Assembly (NCBI RefSeq): GCF_021730395.1
Contig: NC_069372.1
Location: 62,911,754 to 62,975,753 of the forward strand
Direction of reading: 5' to 3'
DNA length: 64,000 nucleotides
Source of the DNA: Mercenaria mercenaria
Lineage: Eukaryota
A model generated the notes under the pieces. That model searched no databases, was not told the DNA's origin, and was given only the letters and a program-made list of their open reading frames with translations. The number at the start of each line of letters is the position of its first letter. Positions within the stretch are counted from its first letter, which is position 1. The translations under genes and the position numbers were made by a program. Below, one piece after another: positions 45,161 to 57,569 of the stretch.

Positions 45161-45955
45161 CACTAAAGTTGAGTAATACCCCCAGACACTGCTATGATAC
45201 AGGGAAAGCAAAATGTTGTGATCATAACCTTTGACCTTCAACTGAACCTAATGACCTGGGCTGTACACAAATTTGAGCTATCTGATCCTTGACCTCTAAG
45301 CATGACATTGACCTTGCACTCTGCATGCTGTCTTGATGAAGTTAACAACTAATGCTAATTTCATGAAAAACCTTCCAGTGGTTCCCAAGAGCTGTCACTA
45401 TTGGTGACAAATGCCCCCTAAGTGACCCAAGAATGCCACAGTTGTATTCGCAAAAAATCACATATCATTTTGTGACCTTGACCTAAGAGGCCTCGGTCAT
45501 AAGTGTGACACATCTTCTCAATATGGTTAACATTTGTGTCAAATTATTTTCAAATCCCTTGATAAATGGCAGAGTTATGGACCAGACAAGAAACACCTTT
45601 AACTTCTAAGTGTGACCTTGACCTTGGAGCTAGGGGTCTGGGTCTTGCACATGACACCTCATCTCATTATAGGGAACATTTATGCCAAGTAATTTCATAA
45701 TTCCTTCATCAATGGCAGAGTTATGGACCGGACATGAAACATACCCTGTTAACCTTCGACTTGTAAGTGTGACCTTGACCTTGGAGCTAGGGGTCTGGGT
45801 CCTGCGCATGACACTTAATCTCATTATGGTGAACATTTGAACATTTATGTCAAGTTATTTCAAAATCCCTTTATGGATGGAAGAGTTACAGTCCGGAGAA
45901 TTTACCGGACGCACGCACGGACGGACAGTGCCATTTTAATATGCCCACCATAAAA
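45161..45955 (+). mobile_element. Second-family Helentron-like element(s): two 5' ends (45161 and 45379, aagagctRtcactaWWGttGa...ccccc), ~190 bp 'gtgaccttgaccttggagctaggggtctgggtc' units, and a 3' end cggacgcacgcacggacggacagtgccattttaatatgcccaccataaaaag
   Basis: The sequence was read directly and has the same architecture as 40286-40468. Confidence 0.5.
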
Positions 45956-46972
45956 AGATCAAATACAAATTTGAGCTATTTGATCTATGATCTTCAAGTG
46001 TGACCTTTGACCTTATGATATTGAGTTGTGCACTCTGCATGTCATCTTGATGAGGTTAACAACTAATGCTAATTTTGTGAAATTCCTTCCAACTGTTTGG
46101 AAGATATGGAGCTGACATAAATCCAAGCTGTCTTATCTCGGACCTCCAAGTATTACCTTGATCTTGACCACAGTGACCTGGGCTGTGTGCTCTGCATGTC
46201 ATCCCAATAGAGTAAATACCTGATGTTTTATTTTACGGTTTAGAAGATATGTAGTGGAAATGAAGTTTTTCCACTTGACTATTGACCTCCAAGTGTGACC
46301 TTGGTTGTGCATATAACCTTGACCTTGACCCTAGTGACCTTGGCTGTGTGCTCCGCATTCTGTCGTCCCAACAGAATAAATACCTGATGTTTATTTTATA
46401 GTTTAGTAAATATGACGTGGAAATGAAGTTGTTCTATTTGACTACTGACCTCCAAGTGTGACCTTGGTTGTGCGCTCTGCATGTTGTTCGGATAAGGTAA
46501 ATTACTGATGTTAGTTTATGAAAATCTTCCAGGCCATTAAAACGATATGGAACAGACAAAAAATTACACTAGCTGAACTTTCACCTTGACGTTTGACCTA
46601 GCAACCTTGGTTGTGTGTTTTGCATGGCATCCTTGATGAGGTAAATTATTGATGTTAGGTTTATGAATATCTTTCAAGTGGTTAAGAAGATACTGACAGA
46701 CAGACAAAGGGATGGACATGTGTGACTCCAATATCAAATACAAACACAAATTTGAGCTATTTGATCTTTGACCTTCAAGTGTGACCTTTGACCTTGGATC
46801 TAATAACTTAGGTTGTGCACTCTGCATGTCATCTTGATATAGTTAACACTGTACCAGAGGGATGATTTAGCTCAAAAGGGAAAATTAACTCTTCATACTC
46901 CTATAAACTGAAAATATTTAACTGACTAAAGTATAGAGAGAAGAATTAACTGACATGAGTAACGCAACTTAC

Positions 46973-47048
46973 CTTCTATTTGTGCCAAGATGTTCCCAAT
47001 CGGTTCTGCATGGTTCTGTTCATAAAATTTTCCTAGTTTATCATACAC
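46973..47048 (-). CDS. EF-hand/CTD-heptad/RS gene, upstream coding exon (VYDKLGKFYEQNHAEPIGNILAQIE), ends in phase 1
   Basis: Minus-strand acceptor catttatttttcag|GTGTATG and donor AGAAG|gtaagttgcg; the phase joins exon 44601-44999 (G+aa gives GAA). Confidence 0.55.
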
Positions 47049-47099
47049 CTGAAAAATAAATGTGTGACTTGTAAATCAAGTTGTCAACTTTATTACCCT

Positions 47100-47240
47100 G
47101 CTGAATTTCTATGATGAACTCTTCCATCTTTCAATATGGACTGTACCATTAGCTGTTAAAAGGAGTGCTTACCACAAAGATACTGACTGAATGGCGAACA
47201 GTGCAGATCCAGATCAGACTGCATGCAAAGGCAGAATCAA
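47100..47240. mobile_element. Copy of a MITE-like family (further copies at 48240-48400, 48790-48990, 51990-52230) with the internal palindrome gcagactgca...tgcagtctg and the end tract ccttttaacagttaatggtactgtccaaat
   Basis: Four related copies were read directly, in both orientations. Confidence 0.55.
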
Positions 47241-49002
47241 TAGCTTTTAGCATGATAAGGGTTTATTGTTTCATGCAAAGAACCCATACCTCATAATGAC
47301 ATAACTTCTGTGTATAGACCCTGAATATCAAAATCTGACTCCAAAAATTGAAAGGAAATGTATTTTTGTATAGCTTATAGCAACTACTTGGCAGAATCTG
47401 GCAGCATGACCTAACATTCAATTATGATATGCAATGGTTTAAGAAATGAAATATAACAAAACTATGTTTTAATAATAATGTAAAAGAGCCGCTCTGACCC
47501 TCATACAGGATTTTAATATCAATACAGGAAATGAAAATATAAAATGTACACAACTGGGACAAACACTATTCATATTTTCAAACAGGAAGTTATCAATATT
47601 CTATTGTTTATAAATCTTGTTTTCTATTCTCATATATTTTGACCGATAGTGAAGATGATAGGAGTTTAAACACAAAAGGAAGTTATTTTTGGTAGTTAAA
47701 CTAGATAATGATAGGATTAAAATGTTTTAATTGTACCTTTTGTGCTCTGGATATTTATCTACCTGCTGATAATATTACCCCTGTATTATGTTTGGTTTCT
47801 TGTCAACTGTTGGTTTCTAACGTAATAAAAAAAAAATGTTTTCAGTTTCAAGTAAAGGTGGTTATTTGTAGTCGACTATGAAAAGGAAATGGAATTCAAA
47901 ACTTTAAAATTCCTCTAACCACTTCTGGTTTGTTCCGTAACGGCAGTCAAAATGTTAGCTGAAAACCTACAAAGGATTGAATCAGCCTCGAATACTTAAT
48001 AGTGCTTGATCCACCTTTTGTGTAACAAACATTTCTTGATTTCTCCTTAAGGATGTACCAGTGTTGTTGTTTTTTTTTCAGGATATCCACCATTTTGAAA
48101 AATGTTTCTTCGAATATTTCTTTCTAACAACATTTTTATCAAAAATTAATGCTAAATTATCAAAATATGGCCAATTATGTACAATTTAACTCTTATCCTG
48201 CTAAATTTCTAAAATTGAATGGTCCATCATTGAATTTGGACAGTACCATTTATCATTCCAAGGGGTGTTCACTGAAAATTTACTAACTGAACAGCAAGCA
48301 GTGCATGCAGAGTGCAGAACATGTGCAGGCTGATCTTGGTCTGCACTGGTCGCAAAGGCAGAATCGCAATTGCCTTCAGCAGGCTAAAGGTTAACCAAAC
48401 AGATTCTACTTGTTGTGAAGAAAAAAATTTCACCCTTATTTTTGCCTGGCATTTGCCTAAAATTGATGTGGATTAGTTTTGAATTTAGCACCAAGAAAAA
48501 AAAAATTAATGGGGTATTTTTCATTGTAATATGTAGCCTTTTTGAAAACAACAAATTTCAAAAATTAAATCTTTACTTTACTAGTGACTAAGATTGTTAC
48601 AAACCTTTCAGGATATACAATCTAGCAAGAAAGCAACATTTTCATGTAAAAAATTCGCAAATTTTGCCTGATTTTCACAATGAGAAAAATACTTTTTTTG
48701 GCAATAAAACTGACATTATAATCAAAGGTATCTGAAAAAAACTGAAACTGTTCCTATTATCAACTTCATCAATCTCTACTCTAGTATGAAGTTTAACCCT
48801 TTCCATGCTGGACATGACTGGTTCTGCCTTTGTGACCAGTGTAGATCATGATCAGCCTGCAAATCCGTGCAGTCTGATCATGGTCTGCACTGTTCGATAT
48901 TGATCTTTTTGGTAAGCACCCCTTTTAACAGTTAATGGTACTGTCCAAATAGGAAGAAGGGCAAGTTCATTATAGAAATTTAGCAGAGTAAAGGGTTAAA
49001 AA

Positions 49003-50340
49003 ACAAGAGGACCATGATGGTCCTGAATCGCTCACCTCTTCCCACATGACCCAGATTTGAGTATGACGTCATTATTTGACATAGTGACCTAGTTTTTGAG
49101 CTCATGTGACCCAGTTTTGAACTTGACCTAGATATTATCAAGATAAAAATTCTGACCAATTTTCATGAAGATCCATTGAAAAATATGGTCTCTACAGAGG
49201 TCACAAGGTTTTTCTATTATTTGACCTATTGACCTAGTTTTTTAAGGCACCTGACCCAGTTTCAAACTTGACCTAGATATCATCAAGGTGTACACTCTGA
49301 CCAATTTTAATGGAGATCCGTTCACAAGTATGGCCTCTAGAGAGGTCACAAGGTTTTTCTATTTTTAGACCTGCTGACTTAGTTTTTGTCCGCACATGAC
49401 CCTGTTTCGAACTTGACCTAGATATCATCAAGATGAACATTCAGACCAATTTTCATACAGATCCCATGAAAAATATGGCCTTTAGAGAGGTCACAAGGTT
49501 TTTCTATTATTTGACCTACTGACCTAGTTTTTGAAGGCACGTGATCCAGTTTCGAACTTGACCTAGATATCATCAAGATGAACATTCAGACCAACTTTCA
49601 TACAGATCCCATGAAAAACATGGCCTCTAGAGAGGTCACAAGGTTTTTCTATTTTTAGACCTACTGACCTAGTTTTTGATCGCACGTGACCCAGTTTCGA
49701 ACTTGACCTAGATATTATCAAGATGAACATTCAGACCAACTTTCATACAGATCCCATGAAAAATATGGCCTTTAGAGAGGTCACAAGGTTTTTCTATTAT
49801 TTGACCTACTGACCTAGTTTTTGAAGGCACGTGACCCAGTTTCGAACTTGATCTAGATATCATCAAGGTGAACGTTCTGACCAATTTTCATGAAGATCTC
49901 ATGAAATATATGGCCTCTAGAGAGGTCACAAGGTTTTTCTATTTTTAGACCTACTGACCTAGTTTTTGAAGGCACGTGACCCAGTTTCGAACTTGACCTA
50001 GAAATCATCAAGGTGAACATTCTGACCAATTTTCATGAAGATCTTGTGAAATATATGGCCTCTAGAGAGGTCACAAGGTTTTTCTATTTTTAGACCTACT
50101 GACCTAGTTTTTGAAGGCACGTGACCCAGTTTCAAACTTGACCTAGATATCATCAAGGTGAACATTCTGACCAACTTTCATAAAGATCCAATGAAAATTG
50201 TGACCTCTAGAGTGGTCACAAGCAAAAGTTTACGGACGGACGGACGGACGCACGCACGGACAGACGGACGACGGACACCGGGCGATCACAAAAGCTCACC
50301 TTGTCACTTTGTGACAGGTGAGCTAAAAAAGCTGCAATTC
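49003..50340 (+). mobile_element. Helentron-like element, the same subfamily and satellite as 36643-38215
   Basis: 5' aaaacaagaggaccatgatggtcctgaatcgctcacctcttcccacatgacc; 3' gtttacggacggacggacggacgcacgcacggacagacggacgacggacaccgggcgatcacaaaagctcaccttgtcactttgtgacaggtgagctaaaaaagc. Confidence 0.8.
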
Positions 50341-53195
50341 ATGAAAAACACTGTTACAGGTTACGTGGAATGTCAAATTCTATAATTCAGCTTCAGTTCT
50401 TTATATATCGGGAAATCCCTGAATTTTATTATTAAGAAGTTTTGCTACAGATGTAAGAATTCATTTTAAAGGATGTTACAATAGTTCAAAATGGCAGAAA
50501 CAAACATTTGTTTCTGTGCAGCCTATTCAGATACATATTTTTTTGAAAAAGGAAGTTTCATTACCAAAACTACCTGACTATAACAAGGATTTTAAGATAT
50601 AGAGGTAAATATAAATGTTGTGTTGCTTTCTTTAAAGGAATATGACACTGTTTAAAACCTTTTAAAAAGTGCTTGGAAATGATACTTACAATTAATTATT
50701 TAAATGAGCTAATAGGAAAACTCTTAGTGGTTTATTTGTTTTTGGTTAATGTACATTTTTCAACACTATTTCAGTTTTTCAGTTTAACCTAACTGGTGTC
50801 CCTGGATTCTGTACCAGTACTAACCTGTCCTCCACAAGTAACTGCCAACTTCTTCACATGAATAAGAAGTGGAGGATGAAATGACTTCAGAAAACTCTTA
50901 AGGTTTAAATAAAAAGAGTATGATACACAAATCACACTGCTATCTTGAATTTTAGTTCTTTTTTTTTTCAAGAGTAGACACATGTTCTTTACAAGGTCTT
51001 TGATATCTTATTACTTTAATTAAAGGGTATTTTGGTATTCTGGTATATTTTCATGAAATACAATGTTGATTTATGACTTTTCCTACTGTTAAAGCCCTGC
51101 TTCTCGGCTACTCAAATTCTATTGTGTGTATGCAACCCATGATTACAATAGGTAACAGTTAATGGCCACACTTTAGCACGCAAGACCACAGATATTTTAT
51201 AGAGAATTTTATATAAAATAGACTCAATTTTGACAGGCGTCACTGTTCATAGTCAGGATTTTCATGCTTTTTCAGTGACAATTTAAGGTTGAAAGGTAGG
51301 ACTGGAGCAGGTCTTTAAAACAGAGTTTTGTCCAGGAGGGATTTTGTCCAGCCCCCATGGTTTACTTATACTATTTTACTAAGCCAGTTAAAGGAAACAA
51401 AAATAGATTGTTATAATCATTTTATATGACTAGATGGGAAGTTGTGTGCACATGTGAAGAACTGTCTAATCAAGAATTCGACCATAAATCTCTAACTATC
51501 TTACTTTGTCTGTGAAAATTATAAACAAAGTTGAAATCAGACTTGGCACATGGTAACCAAAGTAATTTTATGAATTTATGAATTAATGGCAACCCATGAG
51601 TTAATTTATTAAAATGACAACAATAGTATCTTTCTAATGTTGAAATTTCGACACGCTAAATAATTCCAAATAACGACTTAAAATCAGCTTGAAATGTGTG
51701 GATCAGTTTAATAATGGGCAAGTATCTCAGAAACAAGCATATAGATGTGATATTATATTTCATTTCAAAATATCATAGATCATTATGTTTATTTACAACT
51801 GTGAGAAGCTTCATTAAACTGTATATTGTAGAAAAATTTCCATCCACAAAAATGTCATCAAAATTGTGATTTCGCCATGAACTCCAATTATGAAAACTAA
51901 AAGTGTAAAGTAAAATTTTTAAACCAGTCTGGCAAAAAATAAAGCATATGACCCCTCTTTTTTTATTTGCCAAATGCTTTAAGTATGTTAATTCTGAAGT
52001 TCTGAAACATCAGGGTTTAATCCTCAGCATGCTGGACACGATTGATTCTGCCTTTGCGACCAGTGCAGATCATGATCAGACTGCACAGATGTGCAGACCT
52101 GTCCTGATCGCTGTTGAATCAGTATCTTTTTGGTATGCACCCCTTTTAACAGTTAATGGTACTGTCCAAATTGAAAGATGGACAAGTTCATTAAAGAAAT
52201 TTAGCAGGGTAAGGGTTAATCAAATTCTAAGTTATAGACAAAATTTTAATCTGAATGTGCAGAACTATCTTAAGTCTGTATTATTTTGTAATTTAGTAAA
52301 ATATATTTCAGAAACAAGGAAATAATGAGTCAATTTAAGATTGGAATGTCAACACATTTCGGCCCATGTTACAGACACTTGATACAGAAAAAAAAGGCAC
52401 TGATTTAAGAAACTATTTTTTTCTCCTACAGTGGGTAATTTTCCCAATTTGAAAGTCTAAGGCTTATTTCCAATATTTTGGGGAAATCTTTATTTCAAAA
52501 TTGTCAATAATTAACACTGAAAACATGTGATTTCCAGAATTTTATACCTCTAATTGAATTTAAATATAACCGCAGTAAACAAGGGCAAGAGGAAATTATG
52601 GTTTGGTTTCTTGACTTTTATCCTTTTACAAAGTATATCTTATAAATTTTCAGAAACTACGGTATGTGTATGACTCAAGAGGTATTAACAAGGCATGTGT
52701 AATGAACAACTCAACAATCTTTGGATTTCCATAACTGTTTCTAGCCACAGATGAAGTGTCTTCTGGTCTTCACCACATTTCATTCTAGGTAATAATAAAC
52801 ACTCTGGATTATAAAGGATGACTTTACTGTAAAGAAGTTCTCCTCCCAGAAATGTCATGATGAAACATCTACATGCCTAATTACAGCCGAGATTATACCA
52901 TTAACAAACTTTGGGACAGCAAACAGAAAAGTGATTGCTAAACTAACTTTCAGCGAAGCCTACAAAACTTAAAGTGAATTCAAGAAGATCAACAAACTAC
53001 AAGCTGAAAGTCGAGCTTCACCCTGAAAACCATTCTGGAAATATAATGGCACACAACAACCAGATTACGTATCAGTTCAGACCTGAAACCGCTAATACAG
53101 GTATTATAGTGGTATGTAATGGAAAAGTTAGAAGTTGCCACAATCAACAATAAATTTCTCTCAAGCTTGTACTCTAAACCTGTAGCTGAAGCATC

Positions 53196-54110
53196 ATGGT
53201 AAAGGACCGTCTTGCAGAGTTACAGGCGAAACATGCAGAATTTTGCCAGGCCGATGAAAAGACGGAAATAGATAAAAGTGTCGCTCACTTCTCAAATTTG
53301 GAAATTCAACTAGATTTGTGTCTTCACAAGGTGACACAAATTAGCAAGAAAATAAGAGCAGTTAATAATGATGTAGAACAAATGAAAGCACTGCAGAAAG
53401 ACATCCTATCAAATCCTTTAGAGGATCATAAAGAGGTAATAAGACTCGAGAAAACATCGGATCAAATATTTAATGCTGCCTCAACAGTTCAGAAAGAAAT
53501 AACTCAGTATAGACAAGAAGTGGTTGAAATGCTGATGCACAAATCACATGAAAAATTAATCAAGAATCACCTGAACAAATTAGAAGTTGACCTAACCAAA
53601 GCCAGAAATAATTTCCGAGCAGCACAAGTTGAGTATATTGAAAAAACACAAAAATTACACCAGAGGGAGTACAACATAATGACAGGACATGATGATCATG
53701 ATGACCCTGATGATCCAGATAAAATACACACACCCTTACCTGCTGAATTTCTTGGAAATTATTTTGTCGAAGCTGAGAGGATCAAAATGGAGCTGCGTGA
53801 AATCAAAGCGCGTGACACACAGATAAAGAAAATTGAAGAAAGTGTGACAGAAGTAAACCAACTGTTTAAGGAAGTTAATGCATTACTGATGGAACAAGGG
53901 GAGAAGCTTGATACAATTGAAAAATGTGTTGAAAACAGCGTGAATTATGTTCAGGAAGCGAATATACAACTGAAGCAGGCAAGCAAATATCAGGACACTG
54001 CTCGAAGGCGAAAGATATGTTGCATTGGCTTCTTAGTCGCCATACTAGCTACTGTAGGTATTGTAATTGCCATAGTGATAATGTTACAGAATGATGAAAG
54101 TGAAATGTAG
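53196..54110 (+). CDS. Single-exon syntaxin (Qa t-SNARE), 304 aa: N-peptide MVKDRLAEL (the syntaxin-1 DRxxEL motif), Habc region, His/Asp-rich insert (GHDDHDDPDDPD), SNARE motif IKKIEESVTEVNQLFKEVNALLMEQGEKLDTIEKCVENSVNYVQEANIQLKQASKYQ, and a C-terminal TM anchor ARRRKICCIGFLVAILATVGIVIAIVIML
   Basis: This is the complete track ORF with an ATG in good context (gcatcATGG). The layout matches syntaxin-1 (..[57 protein letters not shown]..). Confidence 0.8.
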   Translation: MVKDRLAELQAKHAEFCQADEKTEIDKSVAHFSNLEIQLDLCLHKVTQISKKIRAVNNDVEQMKALQKDILSNPLEDHKEVIRLEKTSDQIFNAASTVQKEITQYRQEVVEMLMHKSHEKLIKNHLNKLEVDLTKARNNFRAAQVEYIEKTQKLHQREYNIMTGHDDHDDPDDPDKIHTPLPAEFLGNYFVEAERIKMELREIKARDTQIKKIEESVTEVNQLFKEVNALLMEQGEKLDTIEKCVENSVNYVQEANIQLKQASKYQDTARRRKICCIGFLVAILATVGIVIAIVIMLQNDESEM

Positions 54111-55369
54111 TTTTATTCATTAGTAAATTATTAACAGTTTAAACCTTTTTATTTCACATCATTGCAAATGAAGTAAGAATAATTTATGCTAAAAAGAAAT
54201 TGCTATTTATAAGTTTATTTTAAACCTATTTATTTCAAACAACTGTCAATGGCTTAATGGCTGTAACTGTAGTCCTTGTTGCCGCGGTTATTATGTTCCG
54301 TTACGATGGAGGTGACATACATAAACAATAAATTGAATTTTTTCATTCCGGATAACTGAAGATGAAATATAAGCTTGTGTCAACTACACTCACGGACTCA
54401 ATGCTAGACTTCTGACCACCCATTGTATCTAAGTGTGGAATTGTGAAAACTAACAAACATTAATTTCATTGTTACCAATATATTAAGAAGGGCTACTTTA
54501 AATTATATTTGAGTATTCTTACGAGTGCAGATTTATCAGTAAAATAAAACACTGTAGGCAGGGAATTCAGTGTATGCTGTATATTGTGAATTTAGTATTA
54601 TTTGTGGGACAGTAATATTGTATATCTGTGATAGAGAAAATAGGAAAGTAAACATTAGAAAGCTATTTGCTCGTGCACTGAGTTACAGTGAAATTTTTCA
54701 ACACATGTTCATTTGAACCAAGTTTTAAGGTAGGATGTAGAAATGACACTTAAAAATGATGACAAGTCTGAAAATAAGTGTTATATATTGGCAAACTGAT
54801 TTTCTCCACTATTTTCAAAACAACATTCATAATTTATCAGCCCTGGTCACCTTTTGTCATAATCACATGTCTCATTTAACAGGCCAATTGTGCAATAAAA
54901 TAGATTAACATCATGAGTATTTAACAATTTTGATGAACTTGACATAATGTTATGGTCTCAAGACCTTGATCTTTAAGTCAAAGTCACTACTAAAGTTGAG
55001 GGTCTAAAAATATGTTACTTATTATTATGATAATAATTGTCTCAGTTTTGTAAAATTTTGTTTTGCTATTGACAATATTAATATATAAAACTTTTGTTCA
55101 TTTATCGTAACAAATTCTTTTTTTAAAAATCTGTTCATTCACCAAATTTCACAAGGGACTTATTTTAGCATCATTCACTATCTAATATTCACGAAAGTGC
55201 TATTACTGAAAGAAAACCAGACCAATTTTGCAAAAAATTCTATCTCATGCAATATTGTTAACTCATTAATATTCATGAGGGACTAATTTTCATGGTTTCT
55301 GTGGTTGCTTCAGTCCATGAAATTAATTTCTGAAGAATCAGCAATTTTTTTGCTTGATTCTATTTTTAA

Positions 55370-56100
55370 CTAGAATGTTTCTGTAGGACACGGGGTGTGC
55401 CCCCACTGGTACATTTGTCACAAATAAGGGGCAATAATTCAAATGTTTGCAGTCTTAAGCGGGTATAGCCTCAACAAAAATTTTATATAAAGGTTTCATT
55501 ATTCAAGGCCATATACTTTTTGAGTTATGAGCATCACAAACAAAAAATCCACTATTTTGGATATTTCAAGGGCCGTAACTCTGTAATTTGCGATATAATC
55601 TCAAGAACAAAGCCAAGTTTGCAAGATCACATCATGATAAAGACTCATGCAAGGTTTCATGAATTTACATCAAATACTTTTTGAGCTTGGTGTGTCACAA
55701 GGTGAAAATGTGCATTTTTAACTATTTCAGGGGCCATAACTCTGGAAATAGGGGGCGAAGCCAGATGAAAAATAGGAGGTGTGCAAGTTCATATCATGAT
55801 TAAGACTCATGCAACATGCAAGGATTCATCAATTTATATCAAATACTTTTTGAGCTATGCGCATCACAAGGTGAAAATGTGCATTTTTGACTATTTCAGG
55901 GGCCATAACTCTGGAAATAGGAGGTGGAGCCAGACAAAAAATAGGTGCGCATGTTCATAATTATCATGATAAAGAGTCGTGCAAGGTTTCATCAATTTAT
56001 ATCAAATACCTTTTGAGCTAGGCCCGTCACAAACTTTTTTCAGATGGACGGACAGACAGGACCAAATCTATATGCCCCCTCCACTGAGTGGTGGGAGCAC
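55370..56100 (+). mobile_element. Helentron-like element with a ~190 bp tandem array (catcacaaggtgaaaatgtgcatttttgactatttcaggggccataactctggaaatagg...) and a 3' end ggacggacagacaggaccaaatctatatgccccctccactgagtggtgggagcacaaaaatt
   Basis: A (GGAC)n microsatellite plus a terminal palindrome ccactgagtgg are present; the 5' boundary is uncertain. Confidence 0.45.
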
Positions 56101-57569
56101 AAAAATTTGAAATCCAAAATTTTTTTGTCCACAAAATTAATAACTTTAAAGTAAGTAAAATTTAAAAATAAGTGGTTTTATCCTTGCAAAACTATCTGAA
56201 TTCACAGTAACTCTACTATACTGAACAGCAAAAGAAACTATCCAGTTTTATGACTGGGATATTTTTTATTTAAAAACTTAATTTATAAATCACTTGTGTT
56301 TTTCATATCACATTACACTTGAAGAACTTCACGTGTAAATTTTTAAAACAATCAGTCAACAGTGAAGTCAGTAGTCCCACAATAGCCGTTTTGCACGAAA
56401 TTTATGTGAGCCTGTAATTAACAATTTTCTTTGTGAAATTTTAATGTCACTGGAAATATTGATAATTGGCTAACTCGAAAAACAGCAAAAAGTTTAAAAA
56501 ATATTGTTGGTTGCACCGCATGACTGAATCAAATTTAGCGCGAGTCCCCAATTGGGATGTTACAATGCAACTGACGCATAGAAGATATAGTCTTTCAAAC
56601 GTCTATTGTGGGACAACAGACTTCATTGTTGATTGATTTTTAAAAATTTATCACGTGAAGATCTTCAAGTGTAATTTTGGTATGAAGAAACAATTCAAAT
56701 TTGAAAAATTAATTTTTTATTTCGAAATATACCAGGTATACATCTGGATAGTTTCTTTTGCTTTCAGTATATTAACAGACTGACTACAAAACTACATTAA
56801 AACATCCATCACTCGAGGTCACAAGGGGATGAGAAAAATGCTCTAGTTATCCTTGGTTTTGAGTGATTCATACATAGAAAATATAAGAAAATAGCAATGT
56901 ATCACTTAAATTACTGTGGCTAGCTTGGGTCCTCAAGCCATTAATGCCCAACTGAACAGTATTTCACAATAACACCAGTCTTACAACCATATCCTGACTG
57001 AGTTGAAACTTTTAAACTATACATATTGGTTTAGTAAATTGATGGCATCATTTCCAGAAAATATTATTATCTTTACAAAATGGTACAAAATTTGTTGTTT
57101 TGTTTATACATTATTTTTAAAAGTACCTTAACCTTTTTGAAACTTACTGGTATAAATAGCATTTGTGACTAGCAATTAATTTACTGAAAAGGCATTACTA
57201 TTGCTTGGTTGTTTGTCATTAGCAATATCACTTTTCATGTCATTTAAAATATACTATAAATTATGTGTATTTGTCTATATATCTATAAAAGCAACCTTTT
57301 TGGTCACATGGTTTATTTCTTACTTTTATATTATAACCTTTGCTCAAAATATATATGACAGCTTCATAATGACTTCCCCCATAATCACATTTTTCAAACC
57401 AGTTGTTTCAATATTTATCATAGTATGTTGTGCTTGTTGTATTTTTAAAAAATAAAAACTACATAGAATTTCTAGCTTTAATTGTTTTGTATTGATATCA
57501 ACAGATAATTTATTAACAAGAATGTATCTAAAAGTTTGAAATAAAATAATATGCAGTACACTTAACCTG

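Noticed and set aside
50780-50990. ORF 50789-50983 (-) with a downstream GGACAG|gttagt donor-like site
   Set aside because: It is an isolated signal with low-complexity translation and no partner exon.
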